DNA of 64,000 bases from the human T2T-CHM13v2.0 reference genome, Homo sapiens. Both the position numbers and the translations under genes were made by a program. Each line of letters starts with the position of its first letter. Position 1 is the stretch's first letter. Below, piece after piece: positions 30,031 to 45,133 of the stretch. The DNA is taken from assembly GCF_009914755.1 (NCBI RefSeq), contig NC_060925.1. The stretch is one strand, 5' to 3'. The notes below the pieces were generated by a model that searched no databases, was not told the origin of the DNA, and was given only the letters and a program-made list of their open reading frames with translations.

Positions 30031-31769
30031 AAACAGCTACTAATTATTAGCTGCTTCTCCTCTCACCATCAGAATAGAAGACTAGAAAAGATAACTTCAG
30101 AATTCAGAAGATTTTATCTGACTAGGATCTTGTTATCCTTCACCTATGACCTAGGTACACTTTTCTCAACACACGTATTTATGATAATAGAAAGCTGAGT
30201 CCATATCCCAAATAGCTAAATAATGAAATTTCTCTTTTGGTAAAACCTCTGAAAGCACTAGCTCTTGCAAAGGTCTTACCTAAACTGAGAATCCCAGAGT
30301 TTGGGATCTTAAAGAACTGTTGACTCAGGTTTTAGCAAGTTGAACAAATAATGGTTCAGTTGATTCTGTGAAATGCTTGTCTGTGATTCCTGGTTGGAAA
30401 AAATTGCTAAGTCTGTGGCCATGATCATATCATTTGTACTTCTTGTGAAATCACTGTTCTTCTGTAGGGAAGCTGGAAAATACAACAAAATAATCTGTTC
30501 TCTAATTGAAAGCATTCTTTGCTGTAAAAAATAAAAATTATTTCTAAGAGTCTTGCTTTCTCCATTTCTTTGGCTGTAGTGTGAAGAATGGATTAAGAAA
30601 GGCAAGACTTGAGAAAGGAAAAACAGAAAAAGGCTGTTTCAATAATTTAGATATGATGGTGGCCTAAACTAAGGCCATGGAAGAGAGATAGGACACATGT
30701 GTATTCAAAATATAGAAGGGCTTGGTACTGACTGGGTATCAGGGGCAATGGAGAGAAAGATGTCAAATATGATACCTCGATTTCTGGCTTGTTCAACTGG
30801 GAGGTAGGGCGGTCATTTGCTAAGAAAGGGACCAAAGAAGCAGAAATGGTTCTGTCATCAGAGAAAGCTACTCCATCTTTGGATGGGTCAAAATCAGCAT
30901 CTTTCATCAACTCCAGAGGGACGTCTGTATTACCATGCTTAGCACATCCACAACATAACAGCTATTGAGCCATGTATTACCAAACTTCTTCCCTTCTTTG
31001 GAGATTTATAGTGCATATCTTGACAATGCCAGTTTTAACATAGCACTGCAGTAGATCTATCATCAGTGGCTATGGATTGGGCTTCTGCACAACCCCAGGG
31101 ATATTCAGCCAAGGGACGATCCCTACCTTGGATGTCAGATGGACTCTGGCATGATCCTGCTATCACCACACTTGATGCCCCTAGGTGCAAAGTAGTCCCC
31201 TCTTCTACCAGCTCTTAATACCTCATTAGGGCTCATTTAGTTTGGGATGGAAGGCTGGCAATACTTGAGCTCATTCTGTGACCTAATGGAGGCAAGTTAG
31301 ACAGCCAAGTAGCTACCCAGATGAAAAAGCTCATGACAATAATAAAAGCCCTAGATGTGAAGCCTGAAATTTTGGGGCTTATTTTCCCCATTTGTATATT
31401 GAGAGGGTTGGATTTAATTGTTAAAAGTCTTCTCTGCACTTGAAATTATCAGTCTTGCTATAATTGTCTGATTATGTTACTCCCACCTCACAAACCTTCA
31501 GTGGCTCACCATTACCTCCAGAAGACAATCCAAACAATATCACATTTAATGCTTTCCACTCAGGTACCCAAACATCACTTTTTTCACATACCTCAAGGTC
31601 CATGAAAGGCTAACCAACTGAAAAGGAATCTTTCCATCTTTTGAGTAACCACAGTTTCTTTTTTGCACCTCTCACAGGAGCACTTAATCCCTTTCATTTG
31701 GAGATGGACGTGATTTTTCTTCCTCATTCTGGTCTGTAACTCAGTTTACTATCTATGTGGCAGTTATTA

Positions 31770-32075
31770 TGTGTCTTATTTCAGGTTTCCTTTGGATAGC
31801 TCTAACAAAATACCAGAGACTGGGTAGCTTATAACAACAGAAATTTATTTCTCACGGTTCTGGAGCCTGGGAAGTCCAAGATGAAGGTGACAGCATGGTC
31901 CGGATTCTAGGACCTCTCTCTGTGTCCTTTCACAGAAGATGGGGCAAGCTGGCTCTCTGGGGTCTGTAAGGTCATCAATCCCATTCATGAGGGTCCTGCC
32001 TTCATGACCTATTCACCTCCCAAAGACCCCATCTCCTAATTTCATCACCTTGGGGGTTAGGATTTCAACATAGGA
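31770..32075 (-). mobile_element. MLT1A-type MaLR LTR
   Basis: TAACAAAATACCAGAGACTGGGTAGCTTATAACAACAGAAATTTATTTCTCACGGTTCTGGAG...CCAAGATGAAGGTG. Confidence 0.78.
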
Positions 32076-32679
32076 GACACAATATGTAATTTTCCGCTCT
32101 GAGTTTTAATTTCTCCATCTATGAGGAGATAATAATCTGTGTTTTATAATGTTATTGTGAAGCAAAATGAGTTAACACAAGTACAGCACCTAGAATAATA
32201 TATAATTCAATAAATAATAAATTAACAATGTCATGAACAAGGGATTAGAAAATATTATTTTTGGTTGGGACTAGCTACTATGGATGACTCTTCTGTATAA
32301 CTCTTAATCTCAAAACCATCCATAAATTTGCACTGCTGTCGTCTTTTTCTTTCCTCCCTTCCTTCATCCTTTCCTTGCCTTCTTCTTTCCTTTCATCCTT
32401 CCACAAACAAGTTCTAATAAAGAAAGGTCTTATGGTACTGTTTCTTAAAGTGTTTTCTTCAGAACATGAGTCTTTGCAGATGGTCTTTGAATATTTTTTA
32501 AAAAGGATTCCATGATAGTAGTCTCTTTCTTTGAGATTAATAATGCCTACTAATATAGTAGAGCCCAGAGAAGACTTATAGTTATGAAATTTCTTTAACT
32601 TTGTTTAATTCAATGTTTTCACAACTTATTTGATGTTGGAAATAACTCCATTGTGAAATTGATTAACATCTGGGATTGC

Positions 32680-34425
<1,746 letters not shown>

Positions 34426-35974
34426 ATAATTATCTTACAGTTATTTACATGTTACAGATGGAGAGAACGTTTATAATGATTCAAGTTTCTAGATCAAAGC
34501 AAAATAAGTTATTTGGCCTTAACAACTGGAATAAATTACCACATTTTCAATATGATTGATTATATGAAGGCCTACCATTAATGTGTACCAAAACCCAAAT
34601 TAACAACCAAACAATGAATTCAGTAAATATATCACTCACTTATTTACCATTTATAAAGGAACTATGACGACAGTATACTTAACAGATGGTGTTTGGAATA
34701 GGTTGGCATGAGTTGTATATACTGTTTGTGGCATTGGATTTTGGAAATCAGATATCAGTTCTTCCATTTAATATTTATGTGACCTTAATACTTTAGATTT
34801 TAAGACATACTTAAAATCTCTGAATCTCAGTTTCTTCATTTGTAAAATAGAGATAATAATACAAACTTTATTAGGCTAATTGTAAGGATTAAATGATCCA
34901 AAGAGTGCTGATCAGAGTCTCTAGCACAAGGAAACTTTCAATAGACTGATCATTGATGGAAATTATAATGGTGGGAATGCCACCAAATAGAACCTTGGTA
35001 TTAGAATGTTAAACTTTTAGGATTGCTACTCTAGTTCCCAGCTAAGAGACCTTGAGGATGTATTTAACCTGTAATTTGGTTTTCTGATTTGTTACATTGA
35101 AAAATATCACAGGATCAATTGCGGTAATGTTAATTATAGCTCTGATAAATTATAAAGCATATCACATATAATTATTTGATGATAATTATGATTATATCAC
35201 TATATATAAATTCATTAGCAAATACTAATTTATTTTTGTTATTTTCTGACACAGATAGTAGCTGCTCATCGTTGGCTAATACTTATTTTTAATGCTTCTA
35301 GACAGAGTCTTCATTAAGATGCGACGATTCGTCCAGCTTTTCCTAGAAGTCATTCACAACTCCTCATTTTCTCTCACACTCCATTGACTAAACCTTTTCC
35401 ATACACAAACATCCACTAAATCACCAAGTCTCTTTGGTTCTACCTTCTAAATTTCTCTATGATCCACCCACTGCTCTCTATCCCCTCTACCATGACCTCA
35501 GGTTTCATTGGCATTGCTGCAATGGCCTCTCAGTTGGCCCTGTCATCAATCCATTTTCCATACTGCTGCCAGAATGATCTTTCTGAAACTCATGATTATC
35601 ACCCATCTCTAAAACCCCCCAACAGTTTCCCTGAAGAAAATTTCCAAATTTCTCTAATATGGCCTGCAAGACATTTCATGATTTGGCCTCTCTCTACTTG
35701 TTCAGGTTTTAGATATCCTCGAACTCTAAATGGTCCAGTTATATCAAATGCCTTACAGATATTGAGGTTCCATATTCTCTTTTTCCCCATCTGAAACTCC
35801 TTTCCCTTGACTTTTTAACTCTGGTTAACTTATGAAGAATGTGTGTGGAAGGGATATTGAAATAACATTATCTAGAAAAGTTTTTGCATGATTTTATAGA
35901 TTAAACTTTTTTACCACTCATTACAGTGATGTTTTTAATTCCCTGTCAGTAAGGATTAAAATGACCAGCTGACA

Positions 35975-36990
35975 TACAACTTAATAGCAATAATAATAAT
36001 AACCTGAATAAAAAATAGGCAAAGGACCTGAATAGACATTTTTTTCAAAGAAAGCATAAAATAGCCAACAGGTATATGAAATGTTGAACATCACTAATCA
36101 TCAGGAAAATGCAAATCAATACCAAAATATTACCTCACACTTATTAGGATGGCTATTATCAAAAAGAGAAGAGACTAATGTTGGTAAGGATATAGATAAA
36201 AGGGAACCCTTGCACACAGTTGATAGAAATGTAAACTGGTACAGCTAATATGGAAAATAGTATAGAGAGTCCTCAAAAATTTAAAAACAGAACTACTATG
36301 CAATCCAGCAATTCTACTTATGGGTATATACCCAAAAGAAATAAAATCAGTATGTCGAAGAGATATCTGCACTCCCATGTTCATTAACACATTATTCACA
36401 ATAGCCAAGATATGGAATCAACCTAAATGTCCACTGGTGGATGAATGGATGAAGAAAATGTGATACACACAGACACAGATAAATATTATTCAGCCATAAG
36501 AAAAGGAGGATATTCTGCCACTTCTGACAGCATGGATAAATCTGGAGGACATTGTGCTAAGTTAAAGAAGTCAGACACAGAGAGACAAACACTGTATTAT
36601 CTCACATATGTGGAATCTTTTTTAAAAAGTCAAATTTATAAAAGTGTAGGGTAGAACAGTGGTTGCAAGGGACTGGAAGATGGTGGAAATGGGGAGATGG
36701 TCAAAGGGTGAAAACTTTCACTTAGAAGATGAATAGGTTCTAGGGATCTAATATGCAGTATGATGACTATAGTTAATACTGTATTGTTTACTTGAAATTT
36801 ACAAAGAGATCAGATTTTAAGTGTTCTCACCACACACACACACACACACATACACGCATACATGCACAAAAAGGTAACTAAGTGTGATGATGGATGTTAA
36901 TTTAATTGTGGTAATCATTTCACAATGTACAATTGGAATATATACAATTTTTATTTGTAAATTAATTATACTTTAAATAAAGCTGGGAGA
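35975..36990 (+). mobile_element. L1MA-type 3' region with (CA)n
   Basis: Degenerate ORF2 end (GGAAAATGCAAATCAA, CCAGCAATTCTACTT) and L1MA 3'UTR motifs. Confidence 0.8.
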
Positions 36991-38309
36991 AAATCCAAAA
37001 CAAATACACCTAAAATAAAATAAAATGAGCAACTAAAAATGTTTTTTAAAAATGTATCTTAAAAATAATAATTTATATTTAAAGCTTTATTTTGTATGAA
37101 CAGAGCAGCAGCTTTCTTATGTTTTTGTTGTCATTTTAGGCTTTTAGAAATAAAGACTCAATAAATAATTGGAAAATTCAATAAAATTATTATCAGTGAG
37201 TTCTGATTTAAAACCGCCAGAACATCCTGGAATCCTCTGTTCTCCTAGTATAATGGCACCATGTCTTTTAATAGTTGACTTATTTGAGGAAAATACAGAC
37301 ATGGTGAAAGTACATTTTTCATTAGTTGTTCTGGATGTTGCATAAATGTCTCACCCATTTAGAAAATGCAGTGTTCCTTTTTTGTAAGATTCATAACAAT
37401 GTTTTATATGTTCCAAGTTAAGGGATACATTATGCTTTCTATTTAACCCAGGAATTCATTTAATGTAAACTGTCAGCCTTTTAGTTTTATCACTAAATGG
37501 ATATGTCAACCTAAAGAAATGAAGACTAATAGCCTAGTAAATGTTCTATGGATTTGAGGGTGGATTTGACATTGTACAAAATCCTAAACAAACAAGAAAA
37601 AAAAGCCTAAATATTGTGTGAAGGAACAAATGAGGTCATCAACATAGTCTGCAGGAGGAGTGGAGCCTTGGCAAAGACTCAGTCAACCACAAAGGGCAAA
37701 GAGGTTCTCAGACCAGGACATGGGGATGTGGTTCTGGAATAATCAGAATGAGAGCTGCCGTTTTTGAGTGCCTACCATGTACCAGGCATTTTGCTAGTGC
37801 TTTTACATCAGAGATAAATTGTTCCCCAAATGGCTGGCAGGAACACAGCCTTACAAAGTAGCAGCAATACTCGCTCTTTAAAAGAAAGGGATCATAGGTT
37901 AGTTTTTGTCTTAAAGGGAAAAACTGATTTTATATTGCTGTAGAACCAAAGACAACTACGACTGTGTTAACCAACTTTCCAGGCTGATTTTATGTTTTAT
38001 ATGTTTTCCACACTTAAAATGTTTTCTTTTCCTTCTGTGATGGTCAAGATATTTTGTTAGGATTTTTAGAAAATTTAATTTAAAATATTATGCCATCTTG
38101 TGATAAAGGGCAAGCATGAACCTATCATTTCCCCATTAATTTGATAATTCATTTATTCAATAAATACTTGTTGCATTACTACTCTGTGAGCCACTGCTCT
38201 AGGTGTTGTAAATATAGTGCAGTGAGTGAAACACATAGTTCCTACCCTCAAGGAACTTACAGTCTAGGAAAGAGACAGGCACTAAGCAAATTATTGTACA
38301 AATAAACAT

Positions 38310-38613
38310 TTAGCACAGCTGGTACAAATCTTCATTTAGAAACTCAGTTATCCAAGAAATATATTTGCTAGAATTCTGTTCAATTTTTGACTCCAAGTTT
38401 CCATACCACTCAGCTGGCAGAAATAAACAACATCCAAACAAGTTGATGTCAGTCCAACTTGGGCTTGGTTTCCTTCCTCTTCCCTGGACATAACTAGAGC
38501 ATCTTACTCTGGTGTGCCAAGGCCCTTCTGTCATCAAAGAGTTGGTGCCTCCTCAGTTGTCTGGCTTCTTCGGTTCTAGTGGTTCTTTGCTGCTGCTGTT
38601 GCACATCACTCAT
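38310..38613 (-). pseudogene. Candidate two-exon INSL5-like relic or small ORF (69 codons; exons 38613-38508 and 38413-38310)
   Basis: gccATG; GTAAGA donor; CTGAC branch point; pyrimidine tract and CAG; phase-1 intron; RRHQ and DLxxLC* similarity to INSL5. No signal peptide or B-chain cysteines found. Confidence 0.35.
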
Positions 38614-39991
38614 GGCATAAGGAATAGTTTTCAGAGTTCCTGTGGTCCCTCACGGGTCTTACTACTTCCTGGACAATGGTTTTTAGAAGTAGGGCATGGA
38701 TCTTCTCTGCTCTAAGGATCCACAGGCCTCCCTCTTTTTCTCATCCCCCTACCCTTTCCATCCCTGAGGAAACTTCACATTTCTCTTTATGTTTAAGATA
38801 CTTGGTCTATGTCTCAAATACCTTTTCTAAGTCCTATGCTTTTATAGAAGAAAAATGGATGTATTTGATTTACTGTCGTTTTATATGTCTCCTTCAACTT
38901 ATAAACATAGAGCTACTAACTTGAGAAGGGAAAGGTAATGAAGAAAAATAAGGATTAAAAATATATCTCTTAATATTATCCCTCAATAATTTCTGAAATA
39001 ATGCTATAAGGGAAATCCACGGTGACTTGAGAACAGTTAACAAAGGAACCAAATTTAATTTGATTGGGTGGTAGGTCCTATGAGAGGGAGCTTAGAGAGG
39101 GTTCTTCTGAGGAGATGAGATAGGAACTGGGATCTGAAAGCCATGTAGAGTTAATGTTTTGAAGGAGAGTGAGGAGTGGGGAGGAGGGTGTTCTCAACAG
39201 AAAGGATACACGTGCCAAGGCCTCTCAGCAGGAGAACATGGAAAAAAAAAACAAATCTACAAGCATTATCATTTATGGATAAAATCTTAATTATAGATTA
39301 TACGCACTTGCATTTTGGTGTATGAGGCCTCAGCAAACTATATAAGGCATCAACCATTTATTATGCCAAAATGGAAAGTGTATAAGAACTGGTCAGAGCT
39401 TTGGACTTGAGTTCAAGCTTGACCAGTTATAAGTTGTATGGTCTATGGCATATTGTATCACCTCTTCAAGGCTTAATTATAACATCTGGAAAATAGAGAT
39501 TATGATAATATTACAACTACATGCCCCATTAGTCTCATAGGATTGCTGTGATGATATATTGGGAAAATGGATGTGAAAGTGTTTGGCAAACGGTAAAGAA
39601 CTTTCATGTGCATAATTAGTATGTTAATAACTAAATCTATTCAGAGTAAAATTCAATATTTTCTTTTAAAGAGACTCCTCCTGAGATAAAATGGCAAATA
39701 CTAAGTGTTCCATTTTCTCACTTATAATTATATGTAACTACATAGAGGTGAACCAAGTGAACACACTAAATATGATACACAATTATATAGTAGTGAATAC
39801 AATCTTCCTTTTCTGCCTCAACTGGAAGAGCAGCTAACAATTTACTATCAGACAACAATAATGTAAGTTCTAGATGAAAGATGCCTGGTAGAAAATGACC
39901 AAATGAAGTAATGAATACCTAGCACAAAATAGAAGCCTAAAGTTAGCACAGTCACCACTCTCTCCTTAGATCCCTAACCAGCACACTAGGG

Positions 39992-40004
39992 TGTGTGTGT
40001 GTGT

Positions 40005-40040
<36 letters not shown>
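39992..40040. repeat. (TG)n microsatellite
   Basis: Direct reading. Confidence 0.92.
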
Positions 40041-40042
<2 letters not shown>

Positions 40043-40419
40043 AAGGATAACATAAGATGGCTAATGGCAGGACAGAATTCTTACCCAATTCTTAAAAATG
40101 TGTGGTAAACAGAGTTTACTAGTAAAGATTCAAAGCCAGTCTATAAAGCAAGCAAAATAATTCCTTCTGAAGTCCCCAGGAGGAAAGATCTTAGACTAAA
40201 AATTTGATGCTAACCTATTAAGTATGGGAAAATCACTTAAGGCTGCAGAAGCAGGGATGAGAAGGGTAGAATAAAATAGGTTCAGTGCTTTAGGATCAGT
40301 TTCCCAGGATCCAAAAAAAATAGCTTTATTTTATACGCAGGCTTGAAGAACAATGGGGAAAATATGTGAATAATTTGTAAAGATCAAAAGTACATAATAA
40401 AAAGGAACACATTTTTTCA

Positions 40420-41656
40420 GTTAGATCAAGTTTTTTATTTTCTTACACAAGGTGTTATAGAAAATCCAATCTTTCAGAAAGACAAAAACAAAGATAATCA
40501 CAATGACATACCAGTGGAAAATTTATAATCCTAATAACCTGACCTAGGCTCTAAATCCATGTAAAATTTGCCTTGCTTTTGTTTAAGGGATTGGTCCAAA
40601 CAAATGGAGTTTATGAAGCAATGGATACTTGTAAAAGGTAGTTCCCACTGTTGCACTGATTCCAGTCTTGGTTTTTAATATATACATATTTTTTTTCCAG
40701 AGAGTTTAGTGAATTTCATATGCCCTATCGTCTCCTCTCCACTTAGAATGCTTTATAGAACAGCCCATCATGTCCTGTGGCCTCAGTTTAACCCAGGATT
40801 TGTTAAAACAAACTGCATAGAATGGCCTGTTAGCAATGAATATTTGGAGGAGTCACTGCTCCCCATCTCCACCCCGATTTCCGCAACCTTGCTCTAGAAC
40901 TCTTCATAAAATAACATCCTGATGTGGCCTATAGATCAGAGACTTTATATTTTCTATCTGGGTCCACTGAAGTCTGGGCTTAAAATCCAGAGCTGATTCT
41001 GGGCAAACAGAGAAGAGTACCCTGTTGTGTCCCAGATGAATTTTTCTCACTGAATTGGGAATGTGATAAGCGCTGGTCAAACCATAAAATTCTGATATTT
41101 ACTGTCATATATTTTGCTTGCCAAATAGTCTAACAAAGTTCTATAGCTTCGGCTCTTAGATCTAAGAGGATAAAATGTTAGGTACAAGAATCCATTATTT
41201 TCATCTACTAAAAACTACGTAATTATAAACTCTGGAAAACAGAGCCTGGAAAGCAGAAGCTTTAAAATCAATAGAATTGTGTCTTATAAAGATTTTGGTT
41301 TAAGTGATTCTATTAATTTCCAAGTTTCGCTTCTATAGGTATAATAATTTTCTAACCCATTTAGACATTGTATAAGAATGTACATGTACTCATATGTACT
41401 TAGAATATGATCAAGAGAGTAGGAATATCTTTAGAAAAATTAAGAAAATTCCACTGAAACTCTTAAGAATAACTCTTAGATTGTAAACTAATCAAATATC
41501 TCTGAAATAAAAGTTTATTAAATTTAAATTAAGTGGAAGTTATACATCAAATATTGTTTTCTGAAATCAAAATCTGGTGTACAGTATGTAATACAGAATA
41601 TTGGATGTTAATTCCTTTTTTAAAACAACTACAAGAAAAATATTAGGAATGATGAA
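40420..41656 (-). other. DNAI4: DNAI4 3'UTR
   Basis: Follows TAA at 41659-41657; minus-strand AATAAA at 41519-41514 (proximal) and 40439-40434 (distal). Confidence 0.6.
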
Positions 41657-41707
41657 TTATGCTGATTGGTTTGACTTGGATCCAAGCAAAGTATCCATTA
41701 TATCTCC
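41657..41707 (-). CDS. DNAI4: Dynein axonemal intermediate chain 4 (WDR78), last coding exon
   Basis: T10-CAG acceptor, phase 0; GDIMDTLLGSKSNQSA*. Confidence 0.88.
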   Translation of the reverse strand, partial: GDIMDTLLGSKSNQSA

Positions 41708-41875
41708 CTGAAAAAAAAAAGTCACACAATTACAATGCAATAAAATGCAAATTAAAAGGTAAAGTAGTCTTTAAAATGCCATTTAAAATTTATAAGTTAG
41801 TGATACACATATCCAATAAGATTGTAAAAGGGAAACAAGCAAAGGTAAGTTTAAACAGTAATGGTTATTTCCTAG

Positions 41876-42194
<319 letters not shown>

Positions 42195-42781
42195 AAAAGA
42201 CTCTTTTAATGAATTCCGATAAACGATTTTATAAAGATTCAGTAAGAAGAAAATTTTGGCAGCTCCTATTTAACCTTAATGCTTAAGCCTAAACTTTCTT
42301 ATTTATAAAATACCTGTTAAACTTACTGATATCTTAAATTCTTTCCTGATCTATTAATGTTTGACTTAGAGAGTAGAACTTCTCAATTTCCATGTGGGTT
42401 TTGTTATTTTTCATTTAATGGTACTGATATTTGCACTAAAATGGGTAAAATGATCATATATAAGAGGATGAAAATCAAAGATGGGAGGTGAGTTTTTAAG
42501 CAAGACAGTATAGTGAAAAGATAGGAGCTGGAAGCAGAAGAGTTTCTCTATCACATAGTAAATGTAATCTTGAGAAAATCATTGAAATCTTTAGATAATG
42601 TGACATAAGTCAGTTCCTATTTTTTAGCCTGTACTATGCTATCTTTGGCACTTCCCCATCATTCAAGCCATGCACACCAAATCAGTTGCCAGGTCCATCA
42701 ATTCTAACCTTAGTATGTTTCTCAAACTCATCTCTTTCTACTTCAGTTTCTCACTTGGGCAAATGTAAGAGGTCACTATAA

Positions 42782-42921
42782 AAATTTGTTCAATGTTGTA
42801 TCCTTAGACCGTGTCACATAGTAAATATTCAGTAAATACTAATACTTGTTGAAATTTGTTCAATGTTGTATCCTGAGACCCCGTCACATAGTAAATACTC
42901 AGTAAATATTAATACTTGTTG
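42782..42921. repeat. 70-bp tandem duplication of an L2-like 3' end
   Basis: 42782-42851 vs 42852-42921, 5 mismatches; contains an L2-tail-like CACATAGTAAATA..CAGTAAATA...TTGTTGAAT. Confidence 0.88.
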
Positions 42922-43552
42922 AATAATAAATCAATGGTTTATTTTTTCTGCCTTCAGTGTCTATCAGCATTAATTTCTTACATATATTACAGATTCGTGT
43001 TTCTAAAACTCTTTTTTGAATATTTCAGTTATCTTTTTATTTTTCCTTCAATTTGGAAAAATGTAAACAGCAAGAACACAGAGAAAAACATGGTAAACAT
43101 TTGTATAATGAACCATAATAGTAAAAATAGTATCCAGGAGTGATTCTCTACAGGCTGCCTGCAGAAAAGGAGTTGCTTCTGTAACTCTCCATTGAAACTG
43201 ACTTCTCCCAAGGGCTTAAACCATAATTCTCTACAGCTCAAGACATAGACCACCAGCAATCCTCATCATGCCAGTAGAAGAGCTGGTGCCTCCCCAGTCA
43301 TGAATGTTAATGCAGTGGTAACTCCTGCCAACAGTTAGCTACATCATAAAGTTACAATTGGAAGCCTTGGATCCCAGTCTCCTGTTCATGCCAGACGTTA
43401 GGCTGGTGTTACCCCTAACCATGAACCCTAAGCTGGTAGGACAGGGCTGGAGCCAACCTTTGGCCATATCCTACCACAAAAGTATTCTGGTCCTTGCTGT
43501 CATCGGGAAGGGGCCAGAGTTTCAGAAATCATGTCACTTAATACCTCCAGAG

Positions 43553-43690
43553 GGCCAGGCATGGTGGCTCACACCTGTAACACCAGTGCTTTGGAAGGCC
43601 AAGATATGAAGATTACTTGAGGCCAGGGGTTTATGACCAGCCCGGGCAACATTAACAAGTCCCTGTCTGTACAAAAAATTAAAATAAATT
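43553..43690 (+). mobile_element. Alu left monomer (FLAM/AluJ)
   Basis: GGCCAGGCATGGTGGCTCACACCTGTAA... single arm. Confidence 0.8.
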
Positions 43691-44253
43691 TTAAAGATTA
43701 AAAGTTAAAAAAATTAAAAGTAGCAATTAGAAAAAGTGATACTAACCAGAGTCCTGAAAGGCACTGATAAAAGATAGTTTCCTTTGTATACCTCCTAATA
43801 CTGTTCTTCCCTTTCCCTCACGTCCCGGGGGCAGCCTTTATCATAAATTTGGTGCACATCTTTCATATAGAATGAAATCATAAGGCTTCCAAAATTTTGA
43901 TTCACTCTTGGTTAAAATTAATGAAAAAATTATAGGTCATAATGTTACTTGACAAGATATCTTGGTAGGAAATAATGTTTTTGACATTACTTTGAAACTT
44001 CAAATTATTATTATGACTATAATTCTCCATAAGCGAAGAAAGAAAAGGTATATCATTAACATTTGGCTGTAAGTAACAAAAAAACTAATTAATGGTTTTT
44101 TGTTGTTGTTTAATCTCCCAAAAAATATAACCCTAAGCCTTTCAAATATAGTGACCAAAAACATGAAAAACATATTTGTATCCAAAAATTATATTTATTT
44201 ACTAACAATATGAAATTGATTTGTTAAGAAAATTATTCTTACCAGCCTTGAAA

Positions 44254-44254
<1 letters not shown>

Positions 44255-44298
<44 letters not shown>
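44255..44298. repeat. (CA)n microsatellite
   Basis: Direct reading, uninterrupted. Confidence 0.95.
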
Positions 44299-44301
<3 letters not shown>

Positions 44302-44812
44302 TTGCCAAAAATGTTCAGATTCTCTAAGCTTAGCTTTCTGCTTGTAGAGCATACTGTTCAAATTAAAAGATTGCATAACCAATTCAAATCCAAACACAAA
44401 AATTAAGTATTTTTCTTCTATATTCCAGTCTATATTTTATACTTTTACCAACTATAAATGTGTCTACTAAAAATATGTTTTTATTTTTGTGTTTAAATAA
44501 TACTTACATATATTATAACATATTGTACTTACTTTGTGGAAATTTGCTTTTATCACTCAACACTGTTTTTTAAATGTATTCAAAATTTGTCATATTAACA
44601 CATTAAGATATAGGTCATTTAAATCTCTGTACTGTAATTACACATGTGAAAATGTCATATTTTATCTATCCAGTCTTCCACTGATCATCATTTGGGTTGT
44701 TTTCAATTTGTCAGTATACAAACAAGGCTACTATAAACATTGTTTTCTCATTAGCATGTTTTTCACACCATTACCCATGAGTTGAACAAAGCCCTAAAGA
44801 TGTACAGAATCT

Positions 44813-45133
<321 letters not shown>

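Noticed and set aside
31127-31185. Minus-strand GIKCGDSRIMPESI* followed by CAAG|gtaggg as a B-chain exon relic for the 30.4-kb element
   Set aside because: Cys spacing is off by one, there is no signal peptide or RR motif, and the match is too short to distinguish from chance.
35250-35360. Plus-strand acceptor-like site followed by a small CpG cluster (possible cryptic exon)
   Set aside because: All three frames hit stops quickly, and no donor or homology was recognised.
43130-43550. GC-richer island in the last DNAI4 intron with an 83-aa ORF
   Set aside because: The ORF runs into an Alu and has no splice context or recognisable protein; probably an old repeat fragment I cannot identify.
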